Source: Escherichia coli
GTDB taxonomy: Bacteria > Pseudomonadota > Gammaproteobacteria > Enterobacterales > Enterobacteriaceae
Strand: one strand, 5' to 3'
Assembly: GCF_030384885.1 (NCBI RefSeq)
Contig: NZ_CP128613.1
Length of the DNA: 64,000 nucleotides
In this document: positions 31,983-44,558 of the stretch, piece after piece
Layout: each line of letters begins with the position of its first letter
Position numbering within the stretch: the first letter of the stretch is position 1
Translations under genes and position numbers: made by a program
The notes under the pieces: generated by a model
The model's database searches: none
What the model saw: only the letters and a program-made list of their open reading frames with translations
Told to the model about the DNA's origin: nothing

Positions 31983-33305
31983 TTACAACGACTGATGTCG
32001 CGTTTCATGGGTCAGCAGCAGGGCGATTAACGTCAAGCCAGCCATCGCCGCCAGATATAACCCCACCGCACCTAACCCGTAGTTAGTCTGCAACCAGGCT
32101 GCGATATATGGCGCAACGGAAGCCCCAAGAATCGACGATACGTTGTAAGAGAACGATGCTCCGGTGTAACGCACTTCTGTCGGGAACAGCTCTGGTAACA
32201 GCGCGCCCATCGGCCCGAAGGTCAGTCCCATCAGACTTAACCCCAGCAGCAGGAAGGCAAAAACCAGAATCGGGTTGCCAGAACCGAGCAGCGGGTTAAA
32301 GGCGAACAGCGCGAACAGGATGATCAGCGTGGTGATGATTACCATGCTTTTACGGCGACCAAAGGCATCAGCCAGTAATCCGGCGACTGGCACCATCACG
32401 CCAAAACCAATCACTGCCATCATCAGCATCCACAACACTTCGTTACGCGGCAGGCCAAGCCCAACTGGCGCGGCGGCGGTACTAAAGGTCATAGAGTAGA
32501 CCGTCATGATGTAAAACAGCGTATAGGTTGCCAGCATAATGAACGTACCCAGTACGGTTACGCGAACATGTTTGGTCAGCAGCGTACCCAGCGGGATCTT
32601 CACCTGTTTTTTCGCTTTAGCGACTTTCTCAAACACCGGCGACTCATGCAGCGATACGCGAACATACAGGCCGATAATGACCAGCACCGCCGAGAAGATA
32701 AATGGCACCCGCCAGCCCCAGCTCATAAACTGCTCGTCGGTCAGTAGCCAGGAAAGCAGTAAGAAAGTGCCGTTGGCAAAGAAGAAGCCAATCGGTGCGC
32801 CCAGCTGCGGGAAGGAGCCGTACAATGCACGTTTGCGCGGTGGTGCGTTCTCGGTTGCCAGCAGCGCCGCTCCGCCCCATTCGCCGCCTAAGCCCAGACC
32901 CTGACCAAATCGAGCCAGTGCCAGCAGCAGCGGGGCGAAAATACCAATCGTGGCATAGCCCGGCAGCAGACCAATCACCACGGTCGAAATCCCCATCGTT
33001 AGCAACGAGGCGACCAGCGTCGCTTTACGCCCAACGCGATCGCCAAAATGACCAAAGACGGCAGAGCCAATAGGGCGCGCGACGAAGGCGATGGCGAAGG
33101 TGGCAAGCGACTGTAGCGTTGCTGCCGTAGGATCACCCTGTGGGAAGAAGATATGCGGGAACACAATAACGGCTGCCGTTGCGTAAATATAGAAGTCGAA
33201 GAACTCAATGGCTGTACCGATGAGTGAGGCAACCAGAACTTTATTACGTGAGTTTACCGGCGTAAATTCCTGGTTATTTTCGAGTGTTGTGGCTGTTGCT
33301 TGCAT
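31983..33305 (-). CDS. yhjE: MFS transporter YhjE (440 aa)
   Basis: ORF track; 12-TM MFS-like sequence. Confidence 0.9.
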   Translation of the reverse strand: MQATATTLENNQEFTPVNSRNKVLVASLIGTAIEFFDFYIYATAAVIVFPHIFFPQGDPTAATLQSLATFAIAFVARPIGSAVFGHFGDRVGRKATLVASLLTMGISTVVIGLLPGYATIGIFAPLLLALARFGQGLGLGGEWGGAALLATENAPPRKRALYGSFPQLGAPIGFFFANGTFLLLSWLLTDEQFMSWGWRVPFIFSAVLVIIGLYVRVSLHESPVFEKVAKAKKQVKIPLGTLLTKHVRVTVLGTFIMLATYTLFYIMTVYSMTFSTAAAPVGLGLPRNEVLWMLMMAVIGFGVMVPVAGLLADAFGRRKSMVIITTLIILFALFAFNPLLGSGNPILVFAFLLLGLSLMGLTFGPMGALLPELFPTEVRYTGASFSYNVSSILGASVAPYIAAWLQTNYGLGAVGLYLAAMAGLTLIALLLTHETRHQSL

Positions 33306-33614
33306 AATCTTTTCTTATTTTTTGGCTAACGAATAGCCATATTACGCACAGCAAAAGTGATATTTCAATGTGTAACAAATCGCGGAGTTGGTCGAAAATC
33401 AGCCAAAAAGGGAATAATGTTTAAGCTGGTGATTTTTCTTCTATGAAATGCTTCACATAATTTCATAAATGGTGGATAAAACTGGTTTTAGGTTAAATAA
33501 AAGTTACCAACTGGATTTATATGCTGGAGTAATGAGTTGGAATGAAATTGTTTGCTCCTAAGAGATGACAGAAAAGGCTCTGGGGAAGAGTTTAAGTGGT
33601 TATGTGCGCATGAT

Positions 33615-33708
33615 AGCCGGATGCGATGCTGGCGCATTTTATCCGGCCTACGGGGAGCCAGGCCGAATAAATTCGTAGGCCGGATAAGGCGTTACGCTGC
33701 ATCCGGCA
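33615..33708. repeat. REP/BIME palindromic element pair
   Basis: agccggatgcg...atccggcctac and gtaggccggataaggcgttacgctgcatccggca. Confidence 0.75.
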
Positions 33709-33712
33709 TATT

Positions 33713-34726
33713 TTAAGACTGCGTTTTCCCCGGCATTCTCGGGTCGTCTTTGTATTCGGCGGTGGCAATCCACGCCGCGCAAAACAGCGTCAGACGAGCG
33801 AAGAAGTAGAAAAACGCCATCAGTCCCAGCACGGAGCCAAATGCTGCGCCAGACGGAGATTTCATCAGCGATGGCAGTGTGTAGGTCATCACGATTTTAA
33901 TCACTTCAAAACCTATAGCAGCAAGAAATGTTCCGCGAATTAGCGCTTTTTTGCGCGGACGGTGGCGCGGCAATCGCCAAAAGATCCAGAAGAAAAGCAG
34001 ATAGTTGGCGAAGATGGAAATCGCAAGACCAATCAACCGCCACGTTGGTTTCAGCCACTCAATGCTGTTCAGGTGCAGGGCGCTAATAATCATTTGCTGC
34101 GCCGAACCGGCAACCGAGGTGATCGAAAGCGTCACAATGAGCGCAATCAACAAACCAATCAGCGAAATAAAATCACGCAGATATTTAACCCAAAATTTTT
34201 CCTGATCCTGTGGCGAACGTTCCCAGACATCGCGCGATTGAGCGCGAATCGCTTCACGCAGGTTACCCATCCAGTTGATGCCGGAATAAAGCGCCACCGC
34301 CAGGCCGACAAGCCCTACCGTCGTACGCTGTTGAACGGCGGTATTGATGGTGTTTTTCAATGTAGCTGCCAGCGTCGGATCGCTAATATTTTGCAGAATT
34401 TTGTCGAAGATATCCTGCAGCAGCATCGGATGGGAGGCCAGAACGAAACCAGCGGCGGCAAACGACACCATCAAAATCGGAATCATCGACAAAAATGAGA
34501 AATAGGTGATAGCCGCACCAAACTGATTACCCAGCCGATCGTTAAAGCGTTCAGTCGCGCGAATCAGGTGCGCAATAATCGGTTGGCGTTGGACTTTTTC
34601 GGCAGTAGTGGTGACGGTTTCCAGCGCCTGGCTAACTTTGCCGCCTTTCTCGCTATTATCCAGCGGTTTAATCGGCTCGAGCTCCAGATCCTGGGTGGGA
34701 CGTTTAATCTCGTTTTCCTGCGTCAT
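33713..34726 (-). CDS. yhjD: Inner membrane protein YhjD (YihY/BrkB family, 337 aa)
   Basis: ORF track; multi-TM. Confidence 0.85.
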   Translation of the reverse strand: MTQENEIKRPTQDLELEPIKPLDNSEKGGKVSQALETVTTTAEKVQRQPIIAHLIRATERFNDRLGNQFGAAITYFSFLSMIPILMVSFAAAGFVLASHPMLLQDIFDKILQNISDPTLAATLKNTINTAVQQRTTVGLVGLAVALYSGINWMGNLREAIRAQSRDVWERSPQDQEKFWVKYLRDFISLIGLLIALIVTLSITSVAGSAQQMIISALHLNSIEWLKPTWRLIGLAISIFANYLLFFWIFWRLPRHRPRKKALIRGTFLAAIGFEVIKIVMTYTLPSLMKSPSGAAFGSVLGLMAFFYFFARLTLFCAAWIATAEYKDDPRMPGKTQS

Positions 34727-34774
34727 CCGCTCATTTATCCTTCTGTCTTTATCATTCTTAAAAAGTATAGTCTG

Positions 34775-35674
34775 TCAGTCTAGGTACTCTTTCATTACGC
34801 CAGCCAGCCACTGCATAAACAGGTTTACACGCCGGGAAAGCTCCCGACGCTGCGGATAAACCAGCGAAAGGGAGAGCGGCTCGGCACGGTAGCCAGGTAA
34901 TACTTCAATAAGCCGCCCGGCACGCAGGGCTTCGCGCACGGCAATGCGCGGGATCTGGATAATCCCCAGACCGGCAAGACCGGCGGCGAGATAGTTTTCG
35001 CTACTGTTTACCGTCAACATGCCGCCAGACTTAAACCACTGGACACCATTAACGCTGGCAACCTCAAAACCTAACGGATGTACGCCCAGGTGCGGTGTGT
35101 AACGCACTATTGCGTGTGAAGTCAGATCATCGGGGCTTTGCGGATAACCAAAGCGCGTCAGATAGTGCGGACTGGCACAGTTGACCATGGTCAGTTTGCC
35201 GAGGGGACGGGCGATAACGCCATCTTCCGATAACGCGCCAGTGCGTATCACGCAATCAAAACCATCATGAAGAATATCTACCGGACGGTCATGGCTACTC
35301 AGTTCCAGCTCAATTCCCGGATGCTGATAGAGAAATTCCGACAGGCGCGGCAGTAACAGGCTTTTCGCGATTCCTGGTGGGATGTCGATGCGTAATTTAC
35401 CGCTGATACTGGTGGCATCCTGTTGAAACAGACCGTCCAGTTCGTTGAGATTACTCAACACATCTTTTGCCCGTTGATAATAGGTCATGCCTTCTGGCGT
35501 GAGTTTGACCCGTCGCGTGGTGCGCTGGAGAAGCTGGGTGCCAAGTTGATGTTCCAGTGCCTGTATCTGGCGCGAAACGCTTCCCTTTGGCAAAGCAAAG
35601 AAATCCGCTGCGCGGGAAAAACTTTCCAGCTCCGCGACTTTGATGAACAACTGCATTGCGTGAATTTTATCCAT
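34775..35674 (-). CDS. yhjC: LysR-family transcriptional regulator YhjC (299 aa)
   Basis: N-terminal HTH (MDKIHAMQLFIKVAELESFSRAAD...) typical of LysR family. Confidence 0.9.
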   Translation of the reverse strand: MDKIHAMQLFIKVAELESFSRAADFFALPKGSVSRQIQALEHQLGTQLLQRTTRRVKLTPEGMTYYQRAKDVLSNLNELDGLFQQDATSISGKLRIDIPPGIAKSLLLPRLSEFLYQHPGIELELSSHDRPVDILHDGFDCVIRTGALSEDGVIARPLGKLTMVNCASPHYLTRFGYPQSPDDLTSHAIVRYTPHLGVHPLGFEVASVNGVQWFKSGGMLTVNSSENYLAAGLAGLGIIQIPRIAVREALRAGRLIEVLPGYRAEPLSLSLVYPQRRELSRRVNLFMQWLAGVMKEYLD

Positions 35675-36192
35675 TTCTTTGGCCGATTGTTGTTCACAGC
35701 GAAACAGTAACGCGCATATCGCATTGTTTATTGTTTTTCTAACATCTAATGCTGGGTTTCACAATGTTGTCATGACGAATGTGGCGATTTCTCAGTAGGA
35801 AAAGGGTGGAATAGCTTTATGAGAAAGGTGAATCCCCTTAAACAGAGCGTATTTTTCAGCGATTCCCTTTAAAGTGAACAGAGGACGTATTGGCTATTTG
35901 TGCTTATTTTTGTCTCATTGCCGTTTGTTATTTTGGCTTGTGGTCGCGGAATTTCATTTTTAATTGCATGCGTACTAGCCATCAATATAAGGAAATCCTC
36001 AAAATTGTTTTAAATAATGCCCTCGACATGTAATTTCAGGCGCTTAGCTGTAACTATTTATATCGGTAACTATTTTCTACGCGTCATCTCTGTAGAATGG
36101 CCACCGCCAAATGGCGAATTCTTATTTTTTCTCGCGGGTAATACCCTTCCACTACTTAAGTCTTTTTAACGTATTCAGGTGGAGATTCAGTT

Positions 36193-36795
36193 ATGCAAAT
36201 AGTCATGTTTGACAGGCAGTCAATATTTATTCATGGAATGAAAATCAGTTTACAGCAACGTATTCCAGGAGTGAGTATTCAGGGGGCCAGTCAGGCAGAC
36301 GAGTTATGGCAAAAGCTGGAAAGTTACCCTGAAGCCTTAGTGATGCTCGATGGCGATCAGGATGGTGAGTTTTGCTACTGGTTGCTGCAAAAAACCGTGG
36401 TGCAATTTCCTGAGGTTAAGGTGTTAATTACGGCGACGGATTGCAATAAACGGTGGTTACAGGAAGTTATTCATTTTAATGTGCTGGCCATTGTGCCTCG
36501 TGATTCAACCGTCGAGACATTTGCGTTGGCGGTCAATAGTGCGGCGATGGGGATGATGTTTCTGCCTGGAGACTGGCGAACGACGCCGGAAAAGGACATT
36601 AAAGATCTCAAATCGTTAAGCGCCCGCCAGCGGGAGATTTTAACCATGTTAGCGGCGGGCGAATCAAATAAAGAGATCGGCAGGGCGCTGAATATCAGTA
36701 CCGGAACGGTAAAAGCGCATCTGGAATCACTGTATCGCCGTCTGGAAGTGAAAAATCGCACCCAGGCGGCAATGATGTTAAATATCTCCTCCTGA
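36193..36795 (+). CDS. yhjB: LuxR/FixJ-family response-regulator-like protein YhjB (200 aa)
   Basis: C-terminal LuxR HTH (LSARQREILTMLAAGESNKEIGRALNISTGTVKAH). Confidence 0.9.
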   Translation: MQIVMFDRQSIFIHGMKISLQQRIPGVSIQGASQADELWQKLESYPEALVMLDGDQDGEFCYWLLQKTVVQFPEVKVLITATDCNKRWLQEVIHFNVLAIVPRDSTVETFALAVNSAAMGMMFLPGDWRTTPEKDIKDLKSLSARQREILTMLAAGESNKEIGRALNISTGTVKAHLESLYRRLEVKNRTQAAMMLNISS

Positions 36796-36805
36796 AGAGG
36801 ATAAT

Positions 36806-36840
36806 TTTACAGCCAGCAGGAAGTTAGCGGCTGGCTGTAA
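36806..36840. terminator. Bidirectional terminator between convergent yhjB and treF
   Basis: cagccagc...gctggctg hairpin flanked by A/T runs. Confidence 0.55.
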
Positions 36841-36845
36841 AAATA

Positions 36846-38525
<1,680 letters not shown>

Positions 38526-38899
38526 TTATCGGGCTTTTCTTTAAGGGTAGTCATTCGCTCCGCCTGGTGGGCGACAAAGCGTGCGGTGGATCACGTTTAT
38601 TAACTTGTCAAAAAATATAACGCACTAATATCAATAGAATTTATAAAAATACGGATTCCGTGTTGTTTTTCATTTTCAGAACATTCAATCCTGCTCTCGT
38701 CGCAATCATGATATGCCATCCCTGCTCTTTATAATAGGCACAGGCTATCTTATTGATAGTTTATATTCATGTAATTGATTGATTCCTATCAAAAAGCGTA
38801 TTTCCCTGTTTTTTATGATGGCTTTGTCTCGCAGAGACGTTTGCAGCATTCTGGAAAATTTTCTGGGTCACAATAACTCACCACCGTGAGGGAAGAATA

Positions 38900-40297
38900 A
38901 TGAAAATGGTCTCACGTATTACCGCGATCGGCCTGGCTGGCGTCGCGATTTGCTATTTAGGGTTATCTGGTTATGTGTGGTACCACGATAATAAACGCAG
39001 TAAACAGGCCGATGTTCAGGCATCTGCTGTCAGTGAAAATAATCAGGTTTTAGGTTTTCTTCGCGAAAAAGGATGCGACTATTGTCATACGCCTTCGGCA
39101 GAATTACCCGCCTATTATTATATTCCTGGCGCGAAACAGTTGATGGATTACGACATTAAGCTTGGATATAAATCTTTTAACCTCGAGGCCGTGCGTGCGG
39201 CTCTGTTGGCAGATAAACCCGTTTCGCAAAGCGATCTGAATAAGATTGAATGGGTGATGCAGTATGAAACTATGCCGCCAACGCGTTACACCGCGCTACA
39301 CTGGGCGGGTAAGGTGAGTGATGAAGAGCGGGCGGAAATACTTGCCTGGATTGCAAAACAGCGCGCGGAATATTACGCCAGTAATGATACTGCTCCGGAG
39401 CATCGCAATGAACCGGTGCAGCCTATTCCGCAAAAACTGCCTACCGATGCGCAAAAAGTGGCGTTGGGTTTTACGCTGTATCATGATCCCCGTTTATCGG
39501 CTGATAGCACCATTTCATGTGCACATTGCCATGCGTTAAATGCGGGTGGCGTTGATGGCAGAAAAACGTCGATTGGTGTTGGTGGTGCCGTTGGACCGAT
39601 TAACGCACCGACGGTCTTTAACTCAGTATTTAACGTTGAGCAGTTCTGGGATGGTCGTGCGGCAACATTGCAGGATCAGGCGGGGGGACCGCCGTTGAAC
39701 CCGATTGAAATGGCGTCGAAATCCTGGGACGAAATTATTGCTAAGCTGGAAAAAGATCCGCAGCTTAAAGCGCAGTTCCTCGAAGTCTATCCGCAAGGTT
39801 TCAGTGGCGAAAATATTACTGATGCTATTGCTGAATTTGAGAAAACATTAATTACGCCGGATTCCCCATTTGATAAATGGTTGCGTGGAGATGAGAATGC
39901 GCTGACGGTGCAACAGAAAAAAGGCTATCAATTATTTAAAGATAATAAATGTGCAACTTGTCATGGTGGTATTATTCTCGGCGGACGTTCTTTCGAGCCG
40001 TTGGGGCTGAAAAAAGACTTTAACTTTGGGGAAATTACGGCGGCGGATATTGGTCGTATGAATGTTACTAAAGAAGAGCGTGATAAATTGCGTCAGAAAG
40101 TACCCGGTTTACGTAACGTTGCTTTAACGGCACCGTACTTCCATCGCGGTGACGTGCCGACGCTGGACGGGGCGGTAAAACTGATGCTGCGCTATCAGGT
40201 AGGCAAAGAGCTGCCGCAGGAGGATGTGGATGATATCGTAGCTTTCCTGCACAGTCTGAACGGGGTATATACGCCGTATATGCAGGATAAACAATAA
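38900..40297 (+). CDS. yhjA: Cytochrome c peroxidase YhjA/Ccp (465 aa)
   Basis: Multiple CxxCH haem motifs (CDYCH, CAHCH, CATCH). Confidence 0.9.
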   Translation: MKMVSRITAIGLAGVAICYLGLSGYVWYHDNKRSKQADVQASAVSENNQVLGFLREKGCDYCHTPSAELPAYYYIPGAKQLMDYDIKLGYKSFNLEAVRAALLADKPVSQSDLNKIEWVMQYETMPPTRYTALHWAGKVSDEERAEILAWIAKQRAEYYASNDTAPEHRNEPVQPIPQKLPTDAQKVALGFTLYHDPRLSADSTISCAHCHALNAGGVDGRKTSIGVGGAVGPINAPTVFNSVFNVEQFWDGRAATLQDQAGGPPLNPIEMASKSWDEIIAKLEKDPQLKAQFLEVYPQGFSGENITDAIAEFEKTLITPDSPFDKWLRGDENALTVQQKKGYQLFKDNKCATCHGGIILGGRSFEPLGLKKDFNFGEITAADIGRMNVTKEERDKLRQKVPGLRNVALTAPYFHRGDVPTLDGAVKLMLRYQVGKELPQEDVDDIVAFLHSLNGVYTPYMQDKQ

Positions 40298-40507
40298 TTA
40301 ATTTGATCGCCTGAACAGGAATGTTTGGGCGATTTTTATTACGACAATAAAGTCTGTTTTTAATATTATCATGTTAAATGTTTATATTATAAAAAGTCGT
40401 TTTTCTGCTTAGGATTTTGTTATTTAAATTAAGCCTGTAATGCCTTGCTTCCATTGCGGATAAATCCTACTTTTTTATTGCCTTCAAATAAATTTAAGGA
40501 GTTCGAA

Positions 40508-41908
40508 ATGGACCAGAAGCTGTTAACGGATTTCCGCTCAGAACTACTCGATTCACGTTTTGGCGCAAAGGCCATTTCTACTATCGCGGAGTCAAAACGA
40601 TTTCCGCTGCACGAAATGCGCGATGATGTCGCATTCCAGATTATCAATGATGAATTATATCTTGATGGCAACGCTCGTCAGAACCTGGCCACTTTCTGCC
40701 AGACCTGGGACGACGAAAACGTCCATAAATTGATGGATTTGTCGATCAACAAAAACTGGATCGACAAAGAAGAATATCCGCAATCTGCAGCTATCGACCT
40801 GCGTTGCGTAAATATGGTTGCTGACTTGTGGCATGCGCCTGCGCCGAAAAATGGTCAGGCCGTTGGCACCAACACCATTGGCTCTTCCGAGGCCTGTATG
40901 CTCGGCGGGATGGCGATGAAATGGCGTTGGCGCAAGCGTATGGAAGCCGCAGGCAAGCCAACGGATAAACCTAATCTGGTGTGCGGCCCGGTACAAATCT
41001 GCTGGCATAAATTCGCCCGTTACTGGGATGTGGAGCTGCGTGAAATCCCTATGCGCCCCGGTCAGTTGTTTATGGATCCGAAACGCATGATTGAAGCCTG
41101 CGACGAAAACACCATCGGCGTGGTGCCGACTTTCGGCGTGACCTACACCGGTAACTATGAATTCCCGCAACCGCTGCACGATGCACTGGATAAATTCCAG
41201 GCCGACACCGGTATCGACATCGACATGCACATCGACGCCGCCAGCGGTGGCTTCCTGGCACCGTTCGTCGCCCCGGATATCGTCTGGGACTTCCGCCTGC
41301 CTCGTGTGAAATCGATCAGTGCTTCAGGCCACAAATTCGGTCTGGCTCCGCTGGGCTGCGGCTGGGTTATCTGGCGTGACGAAGAAGCGCTGCCGCAGGA
41401 ACTGGTATTCAACGTTGACTACCTCGGTGGTCAGATTGGCACTTTCGCCATCAACTTCTCCCGTCCGGCGGGCCAGGTAATTGCACAGTACTACGAGTTC
41501 TTGCGCCTCGGTCGTGAAGGCTATACCAAAGTACAGAACGCTTCCTACCAGGTAGCTGCCTATCTGGCAGATGAAATCGCCAAACTGGGGCCGTATGAGT
41601 TCATCTGTACCGGTCGCCCGGATGAAGGCATCCCGGCGGTTTGCTTCAAACTGAAAGATGGTGAAGATCCGGGATACACCCTGTATGACCTCTCTGAACG
41701 TCTGCGTCTGCGCGGCTGGCAGGTTCCGGCCTTCACCCTCGGCGGTGAAGCCACCGACATCGTGGTGATGCGCATTATGTGCCGTCGTGGCTTCGAAATG
41801 GACTTTGCTGAACTGTTACTGGAAGACTACAAAGCCTCCCTGAAATACCTCAGCGATCACCCGAAACTGCAGGGTATAGCCCAGCAGAACAGCTTTAAAC
41901 ACACCTGA
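40508..41908 (+). CDS. gadA: Glutamate decarboxylase alpha GadA (466 aa)
   Basis: ATG at 40508 ([19 protein letters not shown]...); PLP-dependent decarboxylase; adjacent to gadX, hence gadA rather than gadB. Confidence 0.95.
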   Translation: MDQKLLTDFRSELLDSRFGAKAISTIAESKRFPLHEMRDDVAFQIINDELYLDGNARQNLATFCQTWDDENVHKLMDLSINKNWIDKEEYPQSAAIDLRCVNMVADLWHAPAPKNGQAVGTNTIGSSEACMLGGMAMKWRWRKRMEAAGKPTDKPNLVCGPVQICWHKFARYWDVELREIPMRPGQLFMDPKRMIEACDENTIGVVPTFGVTYTGNYEFPQPLHDALDKFQADTGIDIDMHIDAASGGFLAPFVAPDIVWDFRLPRVKSISASGHKFGLAPLGCGWVIWRDEEALPQELVFNVDYLGGQIGTFAINFSRPAGQVIAQYYEFLRLGREGYTKVQNASYQVAAYLADEIAKLGPYEFICTGRPDEGIPAVCFKLKDGEDPGYTLYDLSERLRLRGWQVPAFTLGGEATDIVVMRIMCRRGFEMDFAELLLEDYKASLKYLSDHPKLQGIAQQNSFKHT

Positions 41909-42276
41909 TAACATAATTTTGTAAAAACCGAATGCCCCGACCTTAAAAAACAGGTGGGGTATTCGGTTACTTATTCATGCAATAATATATTGGCTGTTTA
42001 TTCATCGTGTTGATAAGATATATGTTATATGAATGTTATTAAGGGTGGCAGGACCGTTTAATATCACAATAAGGGATTATTTGCTTACTAATAATTTCTC
42101 TGCGTTTTTAACGCCTTTTTTTGTATTATAAATCCAGTTATCCAGCCCGATTATCATCACACATCATCATCCTGTTTTCCCGCTTCGTTTAAATTTATTT
42201 ATCAATCAATTTGACTTAAGAGGGCGGCGTGCTACATTAATAAACAGTAATATGTTTATGTAATATTAAGCCGACT

Positions 42277-43101
42277 ATGCAATCACTACATGGTAATTGT
42301 CTAATTGCGTACGCAAGACATAAATATATTCTCACCATGGTTAATGGTGAATATCGCTATTTTAATGGCGGTGAACTGGTTTTTGCGGATGCAAGTCAAA
42401 TTCAAGTGGATAAGTGTGTCGAGAATTTTGTATTAGTTTCAAGGGACACGCTTTCATTATTTCTCCCGATGCTCAAGGAGGAGGCATTAAATCTTCATGC
42501 ACATAAAAAAGTTCCTTCGTTACTCGTTCATCACTGTACCAGAGATATTCCTGTTTTTCAGGAGGTTGCGCAACTATCGCAGAATAAGAATCTGCGCTAT
42601 GCAGAAATGCTCCGTAAAAGAGCATTAATCTTTGCGTTGTTATCTGTTTTCCTGGAGGACGAGCAGTTTATACCGCTGCTTCTGAACGTTTTGCAACCGA
42701 ACATGCGAACACGAGTTTGTACGGTCATCAATAATAATATCGCCCATGAGTGGACATTAGCCCAAATCGCCAGCGAGCTGTTGATGAGTTCAAGCCTGTT
42801 AAAGAAAAAATTGCGCGAAGAAGGTACGTCATATTCACAGTTGCTTACTGAGTGTAGAATGCAACGTGCTTTACAACTTATTGTTATACATGGGTTTTCA
42901 ATTAAAAGAGTCGCAGTGTCCTGTGGTTATCACAGCGTGTCGTATTTCATTTACGTTTTTCGAAATTATTATGGGATGACGCCCACAGAGTATCAGGAGC
43001 GATCGGCACAAGAATTGCCGAACCGTGACTCGGTGGCAAGTATTGTTGCACAAGGGAATTTTTACGGCACTGACCGTTCTGCGGAAGAAATAAGATTATA
43101 G
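42277..43101 (+). CDS. gadX: AraC-family acid-resistance regulator GadX (274 aa)
   Basis: ORF track; C-terminal AraC HTH. Confidence 0.95.
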   Translation: MQSLHGNCLIAYARHKYILTMVNGEYRYFNGGELVFADASQIQVDKCVENFVLVSRDTLSLFLPMLKEEALNLHAHKKVPSLLVHHCTRDIPVFQEVAQLSQNKNLRYAEMLRKRALIFALLSVFLEDEQFIPLLLNVLQPNMRTRVCTVINNNIAHEWTLAQIASELLMSSSLLKKKLREEGTSYSQLLTECRMQRALQLIVIHGFSIKRVAVSCGYHSVSYFIYVFRNYYGMTPTEYQERSAQELPNRDSVASIVAQGNFYGTDRSAEEIRL

Positions 43102-43116
43102 TTTTTACCCAGACAT

Positions 43117-43222
43117 AAAAAAAACCCGGCATAGGGGACCGGGAAGAGGATAGTCTGCCGTCTCCAGACTAATAAACCGTTATAACACTCCCTGTTGGCA
43201 CGGGAAACTTTGTGCTCTCAGT
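43117..43222 (-). ncRNA. gadY: GadY small RNA (antisense to gadX 3' end)
   Basis: Minus-strand sequence ACTGAGAGCACAAAGTTTCCCGTGCCAACAGGGAGTGTTATAACGG...CCTATGCCGGGTTTTTTTT matches recalled GadY, ending in a hairpin and T-run. Confidence 0.8.
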
Positions 43223-43468
43223 AAGTTAAATATAACTTTTACTGGAGATAAGATCAGCCATTTTTTTATAAACATAAGCTATGCGCTGTGTGAAAATATA
43301 TTCTTCTTGCATTTTCTTATTATCAATTAACTGTTATGTCAAACTACTTTTTGGATAACTTTTGGTCCTACCAAATATGGCAGTTTATGCACGAAGAAGC
43401 GGTCTGGCATCATTTCATTAGTATACTGAAATTGAAATAATCGCAGTAATGAAATATAAGGGATAGTC

Positions 43469-44197
43469 ATGACTCATGTCTGCTCGGTGATCCTCGTTCG
43501 TCGTTCATTGGATATTCATCATGAACAGCAAAAAATATCGTTGCACAACGAAAGTATTCTACTGCTGGATAAAAATTTGGCAGACGATTTTGCGTTTTGT
43601 TCACCGGATACGCGACGACTGGATATCGATGAGCTGACAGTTTGCCATTACTTACAAAATATTCGTCAGTTACCGCGCAATTTAGGGTTACATAGCAAAG
43701 ACCGTTTGTTAATTAACCAGTCCCCGCCCATGCCTCTGGTGACGGCGATTTTTGATAGTTTCAATGAATCCGGAGTAAATTCGCCGATACTGAGCAATAT
43801 GCTCTACCTTTCCTGTTTATCTATGTTTTCTCATAAGAAAGAACTAATCCCCTTACTTTTCAATAGTATCAGCACTGTTTCAGGAAAAGTTGAACGCCTT
43901 ATTAGCTTTGATATCGCTAAACGTTGGTATCTACGCGATATCGCGGAAAGAATGTATACCAGCGAGAGTCTAATCAAAAAAAAGTTGCAGGACGAAAATA
44001 CCTGTTTCAGTAAAATATTACTCGCTTCCAGGATGTCGATGGCCAGACGATTACTCGAGTTACGTCAAATTCCTTTGCATACTATTGCTGAAAAATGTGG
44101 GTATAGCAGTACGTCATACTTTATAAACACATTTCGACAATATTATGGTGTAACGCCACATCAGTTTGCGCAACATTCGCCGGGTACCTTTTCCTGA
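43469..44197 (+). CDS. gadW: AraC-family regulator GadW (242 aa)
   Basis: ORF track; AraC HTH. Confidence 0.95.
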   Translation: MTHVCSVILVRRSLDIHHEQQKISLHNESILLLDKNLADDFAFCSPDTRRLDIDELTVCHYLQNIRQLPRNLGLHSKDRLLINQSPPMPLVTAIFDSFNESGVNSPILSNMLYLSCLSMFSHKKELIPLLFNSISTVSGKVERLISFDIAKRWYLRDIAERMYTSESLIKKKLQDENTCFSKILLASRMSMARRLLELRQIPLHTIAEKCGYSSTSYFINTFRQYYGVTPHQFAQHSPGTFS

Positions 44198-44558
44198 CCT
44201 ATTTCGTATTTGAATATTGGTCAGGATCTCGCACCTGCTTCATGTGAAACTCTTTCCTGATGATTTTGCCGGGCTACCGGCAAGATCTCTTTCGCAGTAT
44301 GCCAGGCGGTATAGGTATTTTCAGGAGGAAAAGACTCGGCATGTTTGGGATTATTAAGCTGACAATTCATACGATTACGGGAATGTGGGTCAGTATTGTG
44401 CTGTTCAAATTGATGACGAATGGCTGGAGTGGCTTCTACTTTCAGTGCTGTGTACTAAGCCTGGTATTCCTGACGGTCAGCTGGTTGTTGAGTGGTGAAT
44501 GGTTAGCAGGAAAGAGTAAGGCTGAACCCTCACGTTCAACCTTACTCTCATTTACACG

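Noticed and set aside
40445-40507. N-terminal 21-aa extension of gadA (487-aa track ORF)
   Set aside because: The canonical GadA start (MDQKLLTDF...) at 40508 has an aggag RBS; the extension lies in the promoter and leader region.
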